DNA of 59,443 bases from positions 1-59,443 of the IMG/VR virus record IMGVR_UViG_3300037310_000051, one strand, 5' to 3'. The notes below the pieces were generated by a model. That model saw only the letters and a list, made by a program, of their open reading frames with translations. It ran no database searches and was not told the DNA's origin. Both the position numbers and the translations under genes were made by a program. This document shows, one piece after another, positions 9,216-17,844 of the stretch (positions are counted from its first letter, which is position 1; every line of letters begins with the position of its first letter). Origin of the DNA: a virus (Duplodnaviria; Caudoviricetes).

Positions 9216-9931
9216 GTCACATCCTCCAAGGTATCCTCCAATGCTGCTTTGATGGTGCGGGCTTGCCCCAAGTAATCCCCACCCGTAAACGACGGACAGC
9301 CCTTCTTGAACTGCGGATGCGCCGCCAGCACACGGTCAAGATCGTCCGTATTGATCAATTCGCCGTGCTCCCAGAAATAAAACGTGTAGCGGCGCAGGGC
9401 GACCGACATGGCGATGCCGCTGGAGACATGGCGATAGACGGCGGCCATGACGCCATCGGACGGCGCCCGCACCCAGGCGTGCGCATCGTCGGCATTCCCC
9501 TGCACAACGGTCAGATCATCATACCAGAGGCCCCAGCTGAGTCGCGGCTCCCCCTCTTGGGCGGCGCGCGTGCCGGCCACCACACCACCCTTGCGCGCCC
9601 CTTCATCGGTGAGCATCTTCGGATCGGTCGTGACGCATCGTAGGGCTTCATCCCAGGCCCCGTTAAAGATGTCGGTCCTGGCCCAGCGTCCGAACTTCAC
9701 CGTGCCCATGCGCCGCAGATAGAGTGTCGGGTCCCACACACGAATCACATAGTTCTCTTCCTGAAGATAGTACGGTGTGCCTAGTTCAACGCGCACGGGC
9801 GAGTCTCCACATTGATGCACAACGGCTACGATGCCCGTGCTCGGTGCCTGCACCCACGTCATCGCGCAACTGCTCACTGTGCTCCCGTCGAGATAGTGAA
9901 TGCGCCACCGTAGCGATGCCGCCTGATCCAT
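9212..9931 (-). CDS. Hypothetical protein with two tandem homologous domains
   Basis: Likely start ATG 9931 (MDQAASLRW) after SD AAAGGAG; W.I.Y.D...W..APS.G..A.V occurs twice. Confidence 0.65.
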   Translation of the reverse strand: MDQAASLRWRIHYLDGSTVSSCAMTWVQAPSTGIVAVVHQCGDSPVRVELGTPYYLQEENYVIRVWDPTLYLRRMGTVKFGRWARTDIFNGAWDEALRCVTTDPKMLTDEGARKGGVVAGTRAAQEGEPRLSWGLWYDDLTVVQGNADDAHAWVRAPSDGVMAAVYRHVSSGIAMSVALRRYTFYFWEHGELINTDDLDRVLAAHPQFKKGCPSFTGGDYLGQARTIKAALEDTLEDVT

Positions 9932-9953
9932 GCCGTCTCTCCTTTGTGTAAAC

Positions 9954-10027
9954 TGGTTGCGGGGGCTGGGATCGAACCAGCGACTACGGCGTATGAGACC
10001 GTCGAGCTTCCGCTGCTCTACCCCGCA
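9954..10027 (-). tRNA. tRNA with CAT anticodon, initiator (fMet)-like body, encoded CCA
   Basis: TGCGGGG TA GAGC AGCGGAA GCTC G ACGGT CTCATAC GCCGT AGTC GCTGG TTCGATC CCAGC CCCCGCA A CCA folds as a full cloverleaf. Confidence 0.9.
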
Positions 10028-10974
10028 TCTTTCGTCAAGACCATGCTGCACCGACAATTCGGATGCAGTGTGGGCGCCATCGCCCGAGTGCCGTCTGCAC
10101 TGACAAACTCCTCGTGCAAGTCCGCCGTGACGCCGTCCAGGGCTTCGCACTCCGGACAGAGCAGTTCGTCGGGCGTCGTGACCCATTGCTTGCGGTACTC
10201 GCGGCCCAGCACACCTTGCCGCTTGGCCTCGCGCCACGTCTCTAGCTGCCCGTGATTGGCTGCGGTCAAGACTTCTGTGCGGGCAATCAATTCGCCGCGC
10301 TGTCTGGCCAGAGCGTCAGCATATCGGGCCACCTTGCGTTCGATCTGCTCCTCGGTGTGCGTCCCGCGCAGTGTGATGCGCTCACGATAGTTCAGAAGTG
10401 CCCGCACTTGATCGTCGCGTAAGCCTACAACCGTGCGAATGTCCCTGGCGATGTCCTGCACCGTGCGACCGTTGGAGACCGAGGTTTCGATCAGGTTGCG
10501 CACCGCCTCGCGCTGCCCCTCGGTGATCTGCGTGATGAGCTGGCCGGACTGCGTGCGGGCATACTGGGCAGCGTGCGGATTCATGGCGTCGAAGCGGATG
10601 CGCACCTGCGCTTGTGTCCTCAGCGTGCGTTCACCTTCTCGTGCTCCGCGTAGATAGCCCTGCTCCAGAGTGTTTCTGACCGTGGAGTCCAGCACCTGCC
10701 CCAGATCATTGACCCGCGCCGCCTCTAACGCGGTGCGCATGGCTGCTGCCGATTGCGTCGTGGCGCGGAGCTCGCGCTCCAGCGCAGCCAGCTCGATGCG
10801 GGCGCGCACGGTCGCAATGGCTCGCTGATAACCGTAGCGCAGCTGCAGTGCCAAGAACTCCGTGCGAGAGACAATCTCGGCCACATCGCCAGGGATGTCG
10901 GTCTTGCACACGATGAAGTCGGGATCGAGCCCGCGACGGAGTAGCTCGGCTTCTATAATGGCGAGGGATTTCAT
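10018..10974 (-). CDS. Minor head protein, MuF/SPP1 gp7 family
   Basis: RGELIARTE, KQWVT..D...CPEC..LDG, PTLHPNCRC motifs; follows the portal. Confidence 0.9.
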   Translation of the reverse strand: MKSLAIIEAELLRRGLDPDFIVCKTDIPGDVAEIVSRTEFLALQLRYGYQRAIATVRARIELAALERELRATTQSAAAMRTALEAARVNDLGQVLDSTVRNTLEQGYLRGAREGERTLRTQAQVRIRFDAMNPHAAQYARTQSGQLITQITEGQREAVRNLIETSVSNGRTVQDIARDIRTVVGLRDDQVRALLNYRERITLRGTHTEEQIERKVARYADALARQRGELIARTEVLTAANHGQLETWREAKRQGVLGREYRKQWVTTPDELLCPECEALDGVTADLHEEFVSADGTRAMAPTLHPNCRCSMVLTKDAG

Positions 10975-12398
10975 CGCGCCAAGAGTTTCCGGTTGATCAG
11001 ATAGTAGGCCGCCGCCTCTTCGTCATTCAGCTGATCCAGGTTATCGGCGGCGGGTGTATCGTTCTCATCGCCAGCGGCCACTTCAGTGTCCGCTTCCGGT
11101 GCGGTACTCGTTGATCCACTGGCGTACTGCCCCTCTAGCTTCTCGTCTTCCGGCAGTCCGGCCAGCTCGCGAAACTCGTTCAACACGAAGGCGCTCGGCT
11201 GCGCCTGCATCACTTTGAGTCGGAATTCCTTATCCTCCGGCACGGGAGAGGTATAGTCAAGAATCAATCGCTCGTCGTACTCCGGCACGAGGCGCTCTTG
11301 ATAGAACGCGCGCTCCCGCTCCACCCGTGGCACGATGCAGTACTTCGTAAAGATAAACGGCGCTTGATCGATGGTCGAGCGATTGGAGGATGTCACCACA
11401 CCGAACATCTCCGGTGGAATCCCCCACACCTGCATGATGGTATCGCGCTCATGCTGGCGCAATTCCGTAAACTGCAAGTTACGGAAGTTCTGTTCCAGGG
11501 TTTTCACTTCCACGGGGGTATGCAGAAACAACGGTTTAAATGACCGCCAGAAGCCTTGGAGCTTGTCGTTCCACCACTGCTCGAAGCGATCGCGCTCGAC
11601 TTTGTCAAACTGCCCCTCCTTCGGCATGATGAGCAGATCGGGGCGCGCCGAGTTCTTAAAGAACTTCAGCGTGTGCTTAGTGGCATACTCGTCCGTGGCT
11701 ACTTCATCGTCCACGCTCTTGGCCAGCCCCACACCCCGCTGATACGGCTCGACAGCGTTCGGTTGCTTCAGCCAGAGCATCTCCCGCTCGGGCACATCGG
11801 CTTGAAAGGCTTGCCACTGTAGGCGATAGGCGGGGCGCTTGGGCGTCGGCGTTTCGGCGACCCAGTGCGGGGGGACGATCCAAAACTTTACGGGCGCCCC
11901 GACGGGATTGCGCTGAATCAGAAAGAACGCCTCTCCGTTCATGTCGAGATAGACGCTCTTCAGCCAGCTTGTATCCCATCCCGTCAATGCTGAGGAGCCG
12001 GTGCGCAACGCCGTCAACATAATGTGATCAGTGATCTCGGTGAGTTCGCCCGCGCGCTGAATGTCTTTGAGAATCGTCCGCCGCACATCGTGAGGCGCCT
12101 TCTGCGCATACTGAATATCACGCGCCGCGGCGGTGCTGCCGTTGCGCTTCGCTGTGTAGAGCTTCCAGTAGGTGCTGGCTTTGGCGTCGGCGACGCGCCC
12201 CGCGCACGCGCGAATCCAGGGCGAATCGTTCACCATCTGCAGCAACTGAATGGCATTGCGGGCGGGTGCCGGTCCCGTCGAGGCCGGAAAGATGCCCGCC
12301 AGCATCTGTTGCGCATACTGGGCCGATCCGGCATCGAACTGCGAGACGAGGGCTTTCCAGGCCAAGGCCAATCGTTGCGTCAGGGGTAGACCGTGCAT
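10971..12398 (-). CDS. Portal protein (HK97 family)
   Basis: LDMNGEAF, FFKNSARP, QFTELR...IMQVWGIPP.MFG, LNEFRELAGLP motifs; likely start ATG 12398 after SD AAAGGAG. Confidence 0.92.
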   Translation of the reverse strand: MHGLPLTQRLALAWKALVSQFDAGSAQYAQQMLAGIFPASTGPAPARNAIQLLQMVNDSPWIRACAGRVADAKASTYWKLYTAKRNGSTAAARDIQYAQKAPHDVRRTILKDIQRAGELTEITDHIMLTALRTGSSALTGWDTSWLKSVYLDMNGEAFFLIQRNPVGAPVKFWIVPPHWVAETPTPKRPAYRLQWQAFQADVPEREMLWLKQPNAVEPYQRGVGLAKSVDDEVATDEYATKHTLKFFKNSARPDLLIMPKEGQFDKVERDRFEQWWNDKLQGFWRSFKPLFLHTPVEVKTLEQNFRNLQFTELRQHERDTIMQVWGIPPEMFGVVTSSNRSTIDQAPFIFTKYCIVPRVERERAFYQERLVPEYDERLILDYTSPVPEDKEFRLKVMQAQPSAFVLNEFRELAGLPEDEKLEGQYASGSTSTAPEADTEVAAGDENDTPAADNLDQLNDEEAAAYYLINRKLLAR

Positions 12399-12491
12399 GG
12401 TGGTGTGCTCCTTTGCCGCAGAAAGAGCCGTCACGTCTCGCCAAGTATAACTCCATCGCCCGTCAAATACTACTCCGCACACGCAGAGCAC

Positions 12492-12528
12492 GATAGTACG
12501 TGTTAGTTTAGTACGTGTTAGTACTATC
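12492..12528. promoter_or_regulatory. Direct repeat (TAGTACGTGTTAGT x2) inside an inverted repeat (GATAGTAC...GTACTATC) upstream of the portal gene
   Basis: Copies at 12494-12507 and 12509-12522; intergenic; a protein-binding role is inferred. Confidence 0.5.
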
Positions 12529-12536
12529 CGACCCGT

Positions 12537-12842
12537 TTAGGAAACGGGGGCTGCGTCATCGCCTTCGATTAGTAGCAATTCACGTTTCCCCTGGCCATAT
12601 CGCGTACCATACTTCTGTTCAAGTTCAACGGTCTTAAGAATTTTCGATGTGGCGCTACAAATAGCATTGCCTGTTCCAACGGTGATACGACCCGCTGCAA
12701 GATCTGACATCAGTGCGCTCATGGCTAATTTCAGGTCAGCCGAGCGTTTAACTCCTCGCTCAAGAATCTCTAAACACTTAGCAGATTCTGATTGTTCAAC
12801 TGAAACTTGCCCGTTCTCGTTAGATTGTTCATGATTCGACAT
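12537..12842 (-). CDS. Hypothetical protein
   Basis: Start MSNHEQ after SD AAAGGAG; helical. Confidence 0.6.
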   Translation of the reverse strand: MSNHEQSNENGQVSVEQSESAKCLEILERGVKRSADLKLAMSALMSDLAAGRITVGTGNAICSATSKILKTVELEQKYGTRYGQGKRELLLIEGDDAAPVS

Positions 12843-13593
12843 GGCCGTCATCTCCTTTAGGTGAATGTTGTAAAGCGCGACGAACATCCTTAAGAGCATT
12901 AGCGGCCTCGCGCCAACCGCGTCGCTCATCCCGTAGCTCCTCGCGAAGAATGCGCTCCCGTTGCATACGTGCGATGTGGGCGTTGCGAAGTTGATCAATC
13001 TTTATGGGCGTCTGCGTGTCGCACTTGCAGCGCGGACATCCAATGATCCATGCGCCAGGTGTGCGATCGTGCACGACGACCTTTCGTCTCTTAACCGTGC
13101 GCCCACATATCTCGCATGTAATAATGCGCGACAGATGGTTATGCTGACGAAGCAGGTCGCGCAGGCAGAGAATTTTGCGTTCATGTATGGCGAGACGATT
13201 GCCAACTAGATTATTGATATTCACAATACCGTTTTTCTCGACACAGGTCTTAAGCAATCGATGCCAGTGCGCAGCAGAGACAAATCGCCACCCTGTAATC
13301 TCTGAGGCCCAGAGAGAAAAATCTCGAATTCTCCAATACTCATCTTCAGACATGAAATGAATATATGCGCGCTTTTGCAGCTCAATAACAACGGCGTAGC
13401 GACTCGTTGAGTAATCTCCAATGATGGCGGGTAATTCGTTCGTGATCGATGTTGATGCTGCCTGATCAGCGTCCTCACGAAGCACGACGCGCAAGTTGAA
13501 GTGCGTGTGCAACAGCACAATCTCAGGGGCTGAAATATCATGCAAATCATAGATATGTCCATTAAGTAATTTAATTATTCGTTGCGCCTTCAC
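12829..13593 (-). CDS. Hypothetical protein with CxxC...CxxC zinc motif
   Basis: 254 aa, AT-richer than its flanks; CEICG...GCPRC. Confidence 0.55.
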   Translation of the reverse strand: MKAQRIIKLLNGHIYDLHDISAPEIVLLHTHFNLRVVLREDADQAASTSITNELPAIIGDYSTSRYAVVIELQKRAYIHFMSEDEYWRIRDFSLWASEITGWRFVSAAHWHRLLKTCVEKNGIVNINNLVGNRLAIHERKILCLRDLLRQHNHLSRIITCEICGRTVKRRKVVVHDRTPGAWIIGCPRCKCDTQTPIKIDQLRNAHIARMQRERILREELRDERRGWREAANALKDVRRALQHSPKGDDGHVES

Positions 13594-13597
13594 AATG

Positions 13598-13891
13598 TTA
13601 GCCTTTCACCCTCACAATCCCCTGCTCGAACCACTGGGCCACGGTGCGCAGATAGGCCGTCGTCCACAGATCATAACGCTCCTGCTTGGTGAGTCGTCCG
13701 GTGCGTCCGTCGATCTCATCATGGCAGGCTCGACAGAGCCAGGCGACATAGTAGTCCGGGGCCTTGATGCCTGTCCCCTTGCCGAGCGCCACGCTGTTGG
13801 CGTGGGCCGAGATGGTCGTGCCGACCGAGCCGCACAAGGCGCAGGGCTGATCGCGTGCCGAGGCGAGGAGCTTCTTGCTTCTATAGCTCAC
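13598..13891 (-). CDS. DUF1364/YbcO-like (HNH-related) nuclease-domain protein
   Basis: KLLASARDQPCALCG...AHAN...GKGTGIKAPD...AWLCRACHDEIDG. Confidence 0.75.
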   Translation of the reverse strand: MSYRSKKLLASARDQPCALCGSVGTTISAHANSVALGKGTGIKAPDYYVAWLCRACHDEIDGRTGRLTKQERYDLWTTAYLRTVAQWFEQGIVRVKG

Positions 13892-14014
13892 AGATGCTAC
13901 CACACCAGATATGCCCCCGCCGTGCCTATCGCGGCGAGCAGGGCCAGGATCGCCATGGCGCCCCAGAACACCTGGCGCGTGATGTCTTTCTCTTGATACG
14001 AGCGTGGCATAGGC

Positions 14015-14368
14015 TTACTCCTCATCTATTCGTGCCGTGTAGTGCTCATGCGGCATCTGCATTTTGAGTCTTACATCACGCCGAAAATCCGCCACCGCAT
14101 TCTGCACGATGTCCCGTAACAGAAAGGCGACCGGCATGTGACGCTTCTCGGCCATCGAGGCGAGCGTCTGTGCCGTCGCCTCATCAACGGAGAAGCGTGG
14201 CACCATGCCTGCCCGCGGAAGATGTAGACGTTTCTTACGAGGGGCATCCGCAGGAGACGCCTCGGCGGTCACAACGGAATCTTGTGCGTGCACACCAGGC
14301 GGACTATGTTCGTAGCAGTAGGCGCCCCTGGTATACGAGCGGCAGCCGTGATATTGACAGAGACTCAT
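14015..14368 (-). CDS. Hypothetical protein, N-terminal Cys/His motif and possible ribbon-helix-helix C-terminus
   Basis: CQYHGC...YCYEH; PRFSVDEATAQTLASMAEKRHMPVAFLLRDIV; SD GAGGAGG. Confidence 0.5.
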   Translation of the reverse strand: MSLCQYHGCRSYTRGAYCYEHSPPGVHAQDSVVTAEASPADAPRKKRLHLPRAGMVPRFSVDEATAQTLASMAEKRHMPVAFLLRDIVQNAVADFRRDVRLKMQMPHEHYTARIDEE

Positions 14369-14559
14369 GGATGGATACCCTCCTCTACTTGGGTTTAAAG
14401 AGATGCTGACAATAGGTGAGCGCCGTGTCGATGTCACGCCCCCTGAGAAGGCGCCGTCGCCATCGCTCGAACCCTTCATTGGCAATGCAGGCAAGCAGTA
14501 TCCCCGTCACCATCATGACGGTCGCAATGCCGAGAATCTTCATGCAAGACCTCCTTCTT

Positions 14560-15330
14560 CTAGAATACTCCGAGTGGCATCCGCACCTGAAACGTCGTCA
14601 ACACCGGCCCACCGAGCCCATCATTCACCAGCGGATTGGCACTGTGAGCAAATGGGAGAAACTTTTCCACGTCTCCGCATAAGGCTGCGCCTTTATATAC
14701 CGTACCACAAACTCCGCCGCCGATGACGCCCGCGAGCATCATACCGTCCCAATTCTGGCCCATGTTCCGCTCTGGGAAACTGGCGACCCAATGCGGATGG
14801 AGCCACATCGCTTTCAGGCTCCCTGAATGTTGGTGATTGAATCCAGCAAGCCCGCCTGTGGTGTACATCGTCAGCCACTCCCACGCCGTGATTCCATACT
14901 TCGCCACGAGTTCCCCGCCGAGATAGCTATTGTGGAGGTTCATTGTGTAAAGCTTCTCGCAGTGCTTATAGCATCGCCCGCGCTTGTCGTAGCTGTCGTC
15001 ACTGTTGAACCACGATTCGACCATTTCTGGCGAACCGAGCGAGATCGCGCCAAGCTCCAGGCTCATGCCATGAGAGAACGGCACCGAGCCGAGTGTGCCC
15101 AACGTGCCCAACGGGAAGCGAGAGCCAAGGCCGGTGCGAAAGCCCATCGTCTTGCCATCATATTCGTAGGGCTGCCCGTCGTGCTTCCACAACCCGCGCT
15201 TATCGGTGACGGCGGAGCTGGCCTGCCCGATACCCCCATACAGATACAATTCAGCGGCCTTTGATTGGCTCAAGAACAGCGAAAAAAAGAGCGTCAGAAG
15301 CAAGATGATAATCACTCCTAGTGTTTTCAT
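14560..15330 (-). CDS. Signal-peptide protein resembling an OmpA-like outer-membrane beta-barrel
   Basis: Cleavable signal (SKA|A), YLYGGIGQA, GFRTGLG, SLELGAISLG, alternating beta pattern and terminal Phe. Confidence 0.55.
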   Translation of the reverse strand: MKTLGVIIILLLTLFFSLFLSQSKAAELYLYGGIGQASSAVTDKRGLWKHDGQPYEYDGKTMGFRTGLGSRFPLGTLGTLGSVPFSHGMSLELGAISLGSPEMVESWFNSDDSYDKRGRCYKHCEKLYTMNLHNSYLGGELVAKYGITAWEWLTMYTTGGLAGFNHQHSGSLKAMWLHPHWVASFPERNMGQNWDGMMLAGVIGGGVCGTVYKGAALCGDVEKFLPFAHSANPLVNDGLGGPVLTTFQVRMPLGVF

Positions 15331-15464
15331 GCGAACCTCCTTGTGATTGTAGGCGCGGGCGTAGGAATTGAACCTACTCATCATTGGCACAAGAGGTTAG
15401 CAACCTCAAGCAATGTGGTTTATCCATGCCAATCTTGGCTTCTCAGCCGCCCGCGCCATTGGCT

Positions 15465-15650
15465 TCACCGCCTTCTCATCTCAAGCACAGCCGATTCATA
15501 ACAGTCCCCACACGTCGTGACAATTTTTCGACCCAGGCTTGTTGCTGTACAGTCATCAATTATGTACAGCACGAGTCCATACGTCGGACTGCCGAGCTGC
15601 GTGAAACAGATCCAATCGCCCACTTGCACTTTGTTATCTACGGTTTCCAC
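15465..15650 (-). CDS. Hypothetical protein
   Basis: 61 aa with SD GGGAGG. Confidence 0.45.
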   Translation of the reverse strand: METVDNKVQVGDWICFTQLGSPTYGLVLYIIDDCTATSLGRKIVTTCGDCYESAVLEMRRR

Positions 15651-15755
15651 TCAGGCCTCCCTTCTCTTCGGCATTCCCCGCCAGTGGCTCGTCTGCCTCG
15701 TGCCCCACCGGCGGGGTCCGCATCGCCAGCCCGCTCAAACCGGCGATCCCAACGC

Positions 15756-16076
15756 TCAAGCGTCGGGCGTGGGTATTCCCTTTTCCGCCAACATAGCAAC
15801 GCAACACGGAGACGTATCCATTGAACATCCTTCACAGACGATGATTGTCATCGGCTCCATCAGGTTGCGCGCCATTTCTTCTTCTGTGCTGAACGCCTGC
15901 GCGAGTCCGACATGGCCGTCTAACAACCCCTCCAGCCCGGCTTGCCTGCGAACGGCCTGTAGATCGACGGCGAACCGTTCGATCTTGAGTCGATAAAATA
16001 CAGGCAAGCCCCACCGGCCTATCTTCTTGTGACACATCGAACACGTTGCGCACTCTCTTAGCTCTTTCTCTTTCAT
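15756..16076 (-). CDS. Cys-rich hypothetical protein
   Basis: Start MKEKELRECATCSMC after SD AAAAGGAG; CxxC pairs. Confidence 0.6.
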   Translation of the reverse strand: MKEKELRECATCSMCHKKIGRWGLPVFYRLKIERFAVDLQAVRRQAGLEGLLDGHVGLAQAFSTEEEMARNLMEPMTIIVCEGCSMDTSPCCVAMLAEKGIPTPDA

Positions 16077-16128
16077 GAATCTCCTTTTGGCGATCCCACC
16101 CCTCAAGGGGCGGGCGTGATATAGACTG

Positions 16129-16356
16129 CTAGCCATAGCCACCGCCACCGCCATCGCCAGCGCCATAGCCATCGCCATCGCCAGCGCCATAGCCACCGCC
16201 AGCGCCAGCGCCATCGCCACCGCCATAGCCACCGCCAGCGCCAGCGCCATCGCCATAGCCCGCGCCATAGCCAGCGCCATCGCCACGGCCATCGCCAGCG
16301 CCAGCGCCAGCGCCATAGCCATAGCCACGGCCATCGCCAGCGCCTATCGCTTCCAT
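16129..16356 (-). CDS. Gly-rich (GxG) repeat peptide
   Basis: GDG/GYG/GAG repeats encoded by a 6-bp tandem array; typical partner of the upstream gene family. Confidence 0.5.
   Translation of the reverse strand: MEAIGAGDGRGYGYGAGAGAGDGRGDGAGYGAGYGDGAGAGGGYGGGDGAGAGGGYGAGDGDGYGAGDGGGGGYG
16131..16343. repeat. Degenerate hexamer tandem repeat (GCCATC/GCCAGC/GCCATA/GCCACC)n
   Basis: Directly visible; opens low-complexity ORFs in three frames. Confidence 0.9.
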
Positions 16357-16634
16357 ACAGGCACCCCGTCAATAGATTTCTTCGCCGTTGCGCTTACCGG
16401 TAGACACTCAATCAGTTCTGTCAGCAACACTCGTGGGACAGCCATGGGGAATTTACAATTCTGTGGTGCCGTGACCCCTTCCTGCGAGAGTTGCGACAGC
16501 GAGGCTGCGCCATCCCAATACCACAGCCGCCGAGCCTCACGGAGGACAATCTCCATGCCCTTCCGAGAGACGATCTGCCCCATAAACACGCCTGCCGAGC
16601 GCGTACGCGCAATGACCCACTTTCCTTTTGTCAT
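16344..16634 (-). CDS. DUF6948-like phage protein
   Basis: VIARTRSAGVFMG...ARRLWYWDGAASLSQL..EG motif. Confidence 0.7.
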   Translation of the reverse strand: MTKGKWVIARTRSAGVFMGQIVSRKGMEIVLREARRLWYWDGAASLSQLSQEGVTAPQNCKFPMAVPRVLLTELIECLPVSATAKKSIDGVPVWKR

Positions 16635-16694
16635 AGCCCCTCCTATTTATTTTGTTAGATTCCACCCATCAACCCCTCAAGAGACGGGCGTGAT

Positions 16695-16961
16695 TTATTT
16701 CTCTCTCGCCGTGAGCTTGGCAAGGATGTCGTCACAGGCTACGACGTAACCGTGTGTGTAATCATCAATTTCCAGGTGCAGGTATTGTTCTTTCGCCACC
16801 ATCCGCTTGACCGCCGCGTGCTCACGACGAAGCAGTGCCACCACCTCATCCGGCGTGAACAGGCAATGCGGAGCTTCTCTTGGATCGCGTCGATCCATCC
16901 GCTGGAGCGCCTGCAATACGAGGCGTTCAAACCTGTCGCGGCACCGATCTGGTTTTGTCAT
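16695..16961 (-). CDS. Hypothetical protein
   Basis: ATGA-coupled small-gene array. Confidence 0.5.
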   Translation of the reverse strand: MTKPDRCRDRFERLVLQALQRMDRRDPREAPHCLFTPDEVVALLRREHAAVKRMVAKEQYLHLEIDDYTHGYVVACDDILAKLTAREK

Positions 16962-17173
16962 GGGACACTCCGCTCTAGCAACAGCCGCACGGAATCGTGC
17001 AGATAGTCAATTCTGTCCTTAATTCCACGCGCGGCATTCTTGCCCACTTCCTGTTCGTAGCTCCCAGGCTTTCCCAGGAGTTCCACCAGTGCAGACACCG
17101 CAAATTTCAGCGCGTCTAATTCGTGGAGCGCCTGCTCCTGGCTATAAAATTGTGTCGCGTTCGTTTTGTTCAT
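16958..17173 (-). CDS. Hypothetical protein
   Basis: Start MNKTNAT, coupled, SD GAGG. Confidence 0.5.
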   Translation of the reverse strand: MNKTNATQFYSQEQALHELDALKFAVSALVELLGKPGSYEQEVGKNAARGIKDRIDYLHDSVRLLLERSVP

Positions 17174-17355
17174 GGCGACCTCGTGAATCCACGCTTGGCC
17201 CATTCGGCGTCATACAACCGCTGCAAGTCAGAGAATTGATATGCAACGCCATGCCCTGGATGCCACGCTGTGCTGCGTACCGTAACGTATTCTGGTCTCA
17301 GAATACCCACGACATCACTCAGACATGCTGCTCGCAAACACGGGTTGTCGATCAT
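17170..17355 (-). CDS. Hypothetical protein
   Basis: ATGA-coupled, SD AAGGAGG. Confidence 0.45.
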   Translation of the reverse strand: MIDNPCLRAACLSDVVGILRPEYVTVRSTAWHPGHGVAYQFSDLQRLYDAEWAKRGFTRSP

Positions 17356-17594
17356 GGCTCCTCCTTCGCCTCATAGAGAGCGCCGCGCATGCCGCACGCC
17401 CCTATAGGCCAGCGCTTCTTTCTCTCTTCAATGCAACTTGTTCCTGTACCTCTTCTATCACCATCACTCGCGTTCCATGACAGAGCATGGGGATCACGCA
17501 CGTTGACGACAGGATTGAAACACCGATTGCTCCATGCAGCGCCGCGTTCTGGCGCTGACCACTTGCAGTTTTGGCACAATTTTAGGCCGATCAT
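17352..17594 (-). CDS. Cys-rich hypothetical protein
   Basis: CQNCKW...C..P...C..ER...CG.RG pattern; SD GGAGGAG. Confidence 0.6.
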   Translation of the reverse strand: MIGLKLCQNCKWSAPERGAAWSNRCFNPVVNVRDPHALSWNASDGDRRGTGTSCIEERKKRWPIGACGMRGALYEAKEEP

Positions 17595-17598
17595 GGGC

Positions 17599-17841
17599 TT
17601 ACTCCTCCTTCGCGTACTGGTCGATGACGGCTTGGGCTACTTGGTAGTCAATATCTGACGGGATGTAGCGCAGGCGGATACGGTTCTGTTCTCCCATGCG
17701 AACAATTATGCTGGCCATCTCTACCGCCTGAATCTCTGCCTCCTTTCTCGCCTCACAGCACTCGGCGAGTTGGGCTTCCAAATCTGAGATGCGCTGACTT
17801 TGCACGGCAATCAATTCGGCATGTGCTTCCTGTGGCGTCAC
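17599..17841 (-). CDS. Coiled-coil hypothetical protein
   Basis: 80 aa in the small-gene array. Confidence 0.5.
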   Translation of the reverse strand: MTPQEAHAELIAVQSQRISDLEAQLAECCEARKEAEIQAVEMASIIVRMGEQNRIRLRYIPSDIDYQVAQAVIDQYAKEE

Positions 17842-17844
17842 CCC

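Noticed and set aside
9954-10027. tRNA as attP/attB or prophage boundary
   Set aside because: I recognised no integrase, saw no duplicated tRNA 3' end, and there are no flanking host genes.
9932-10237. N-terminal extension of ORF 9212-10237
   Set aside because: It overlaps the tRNA and the MuF gene; a strong SD precedes ATG 9931.
16103-16372. (WR)n and (MA/LA)n ORFs, or a CRISPR-like array
   Set aside because: These are alternative frames of the Gly-rich hexamer repeat; there is no repeat-spacer structure.
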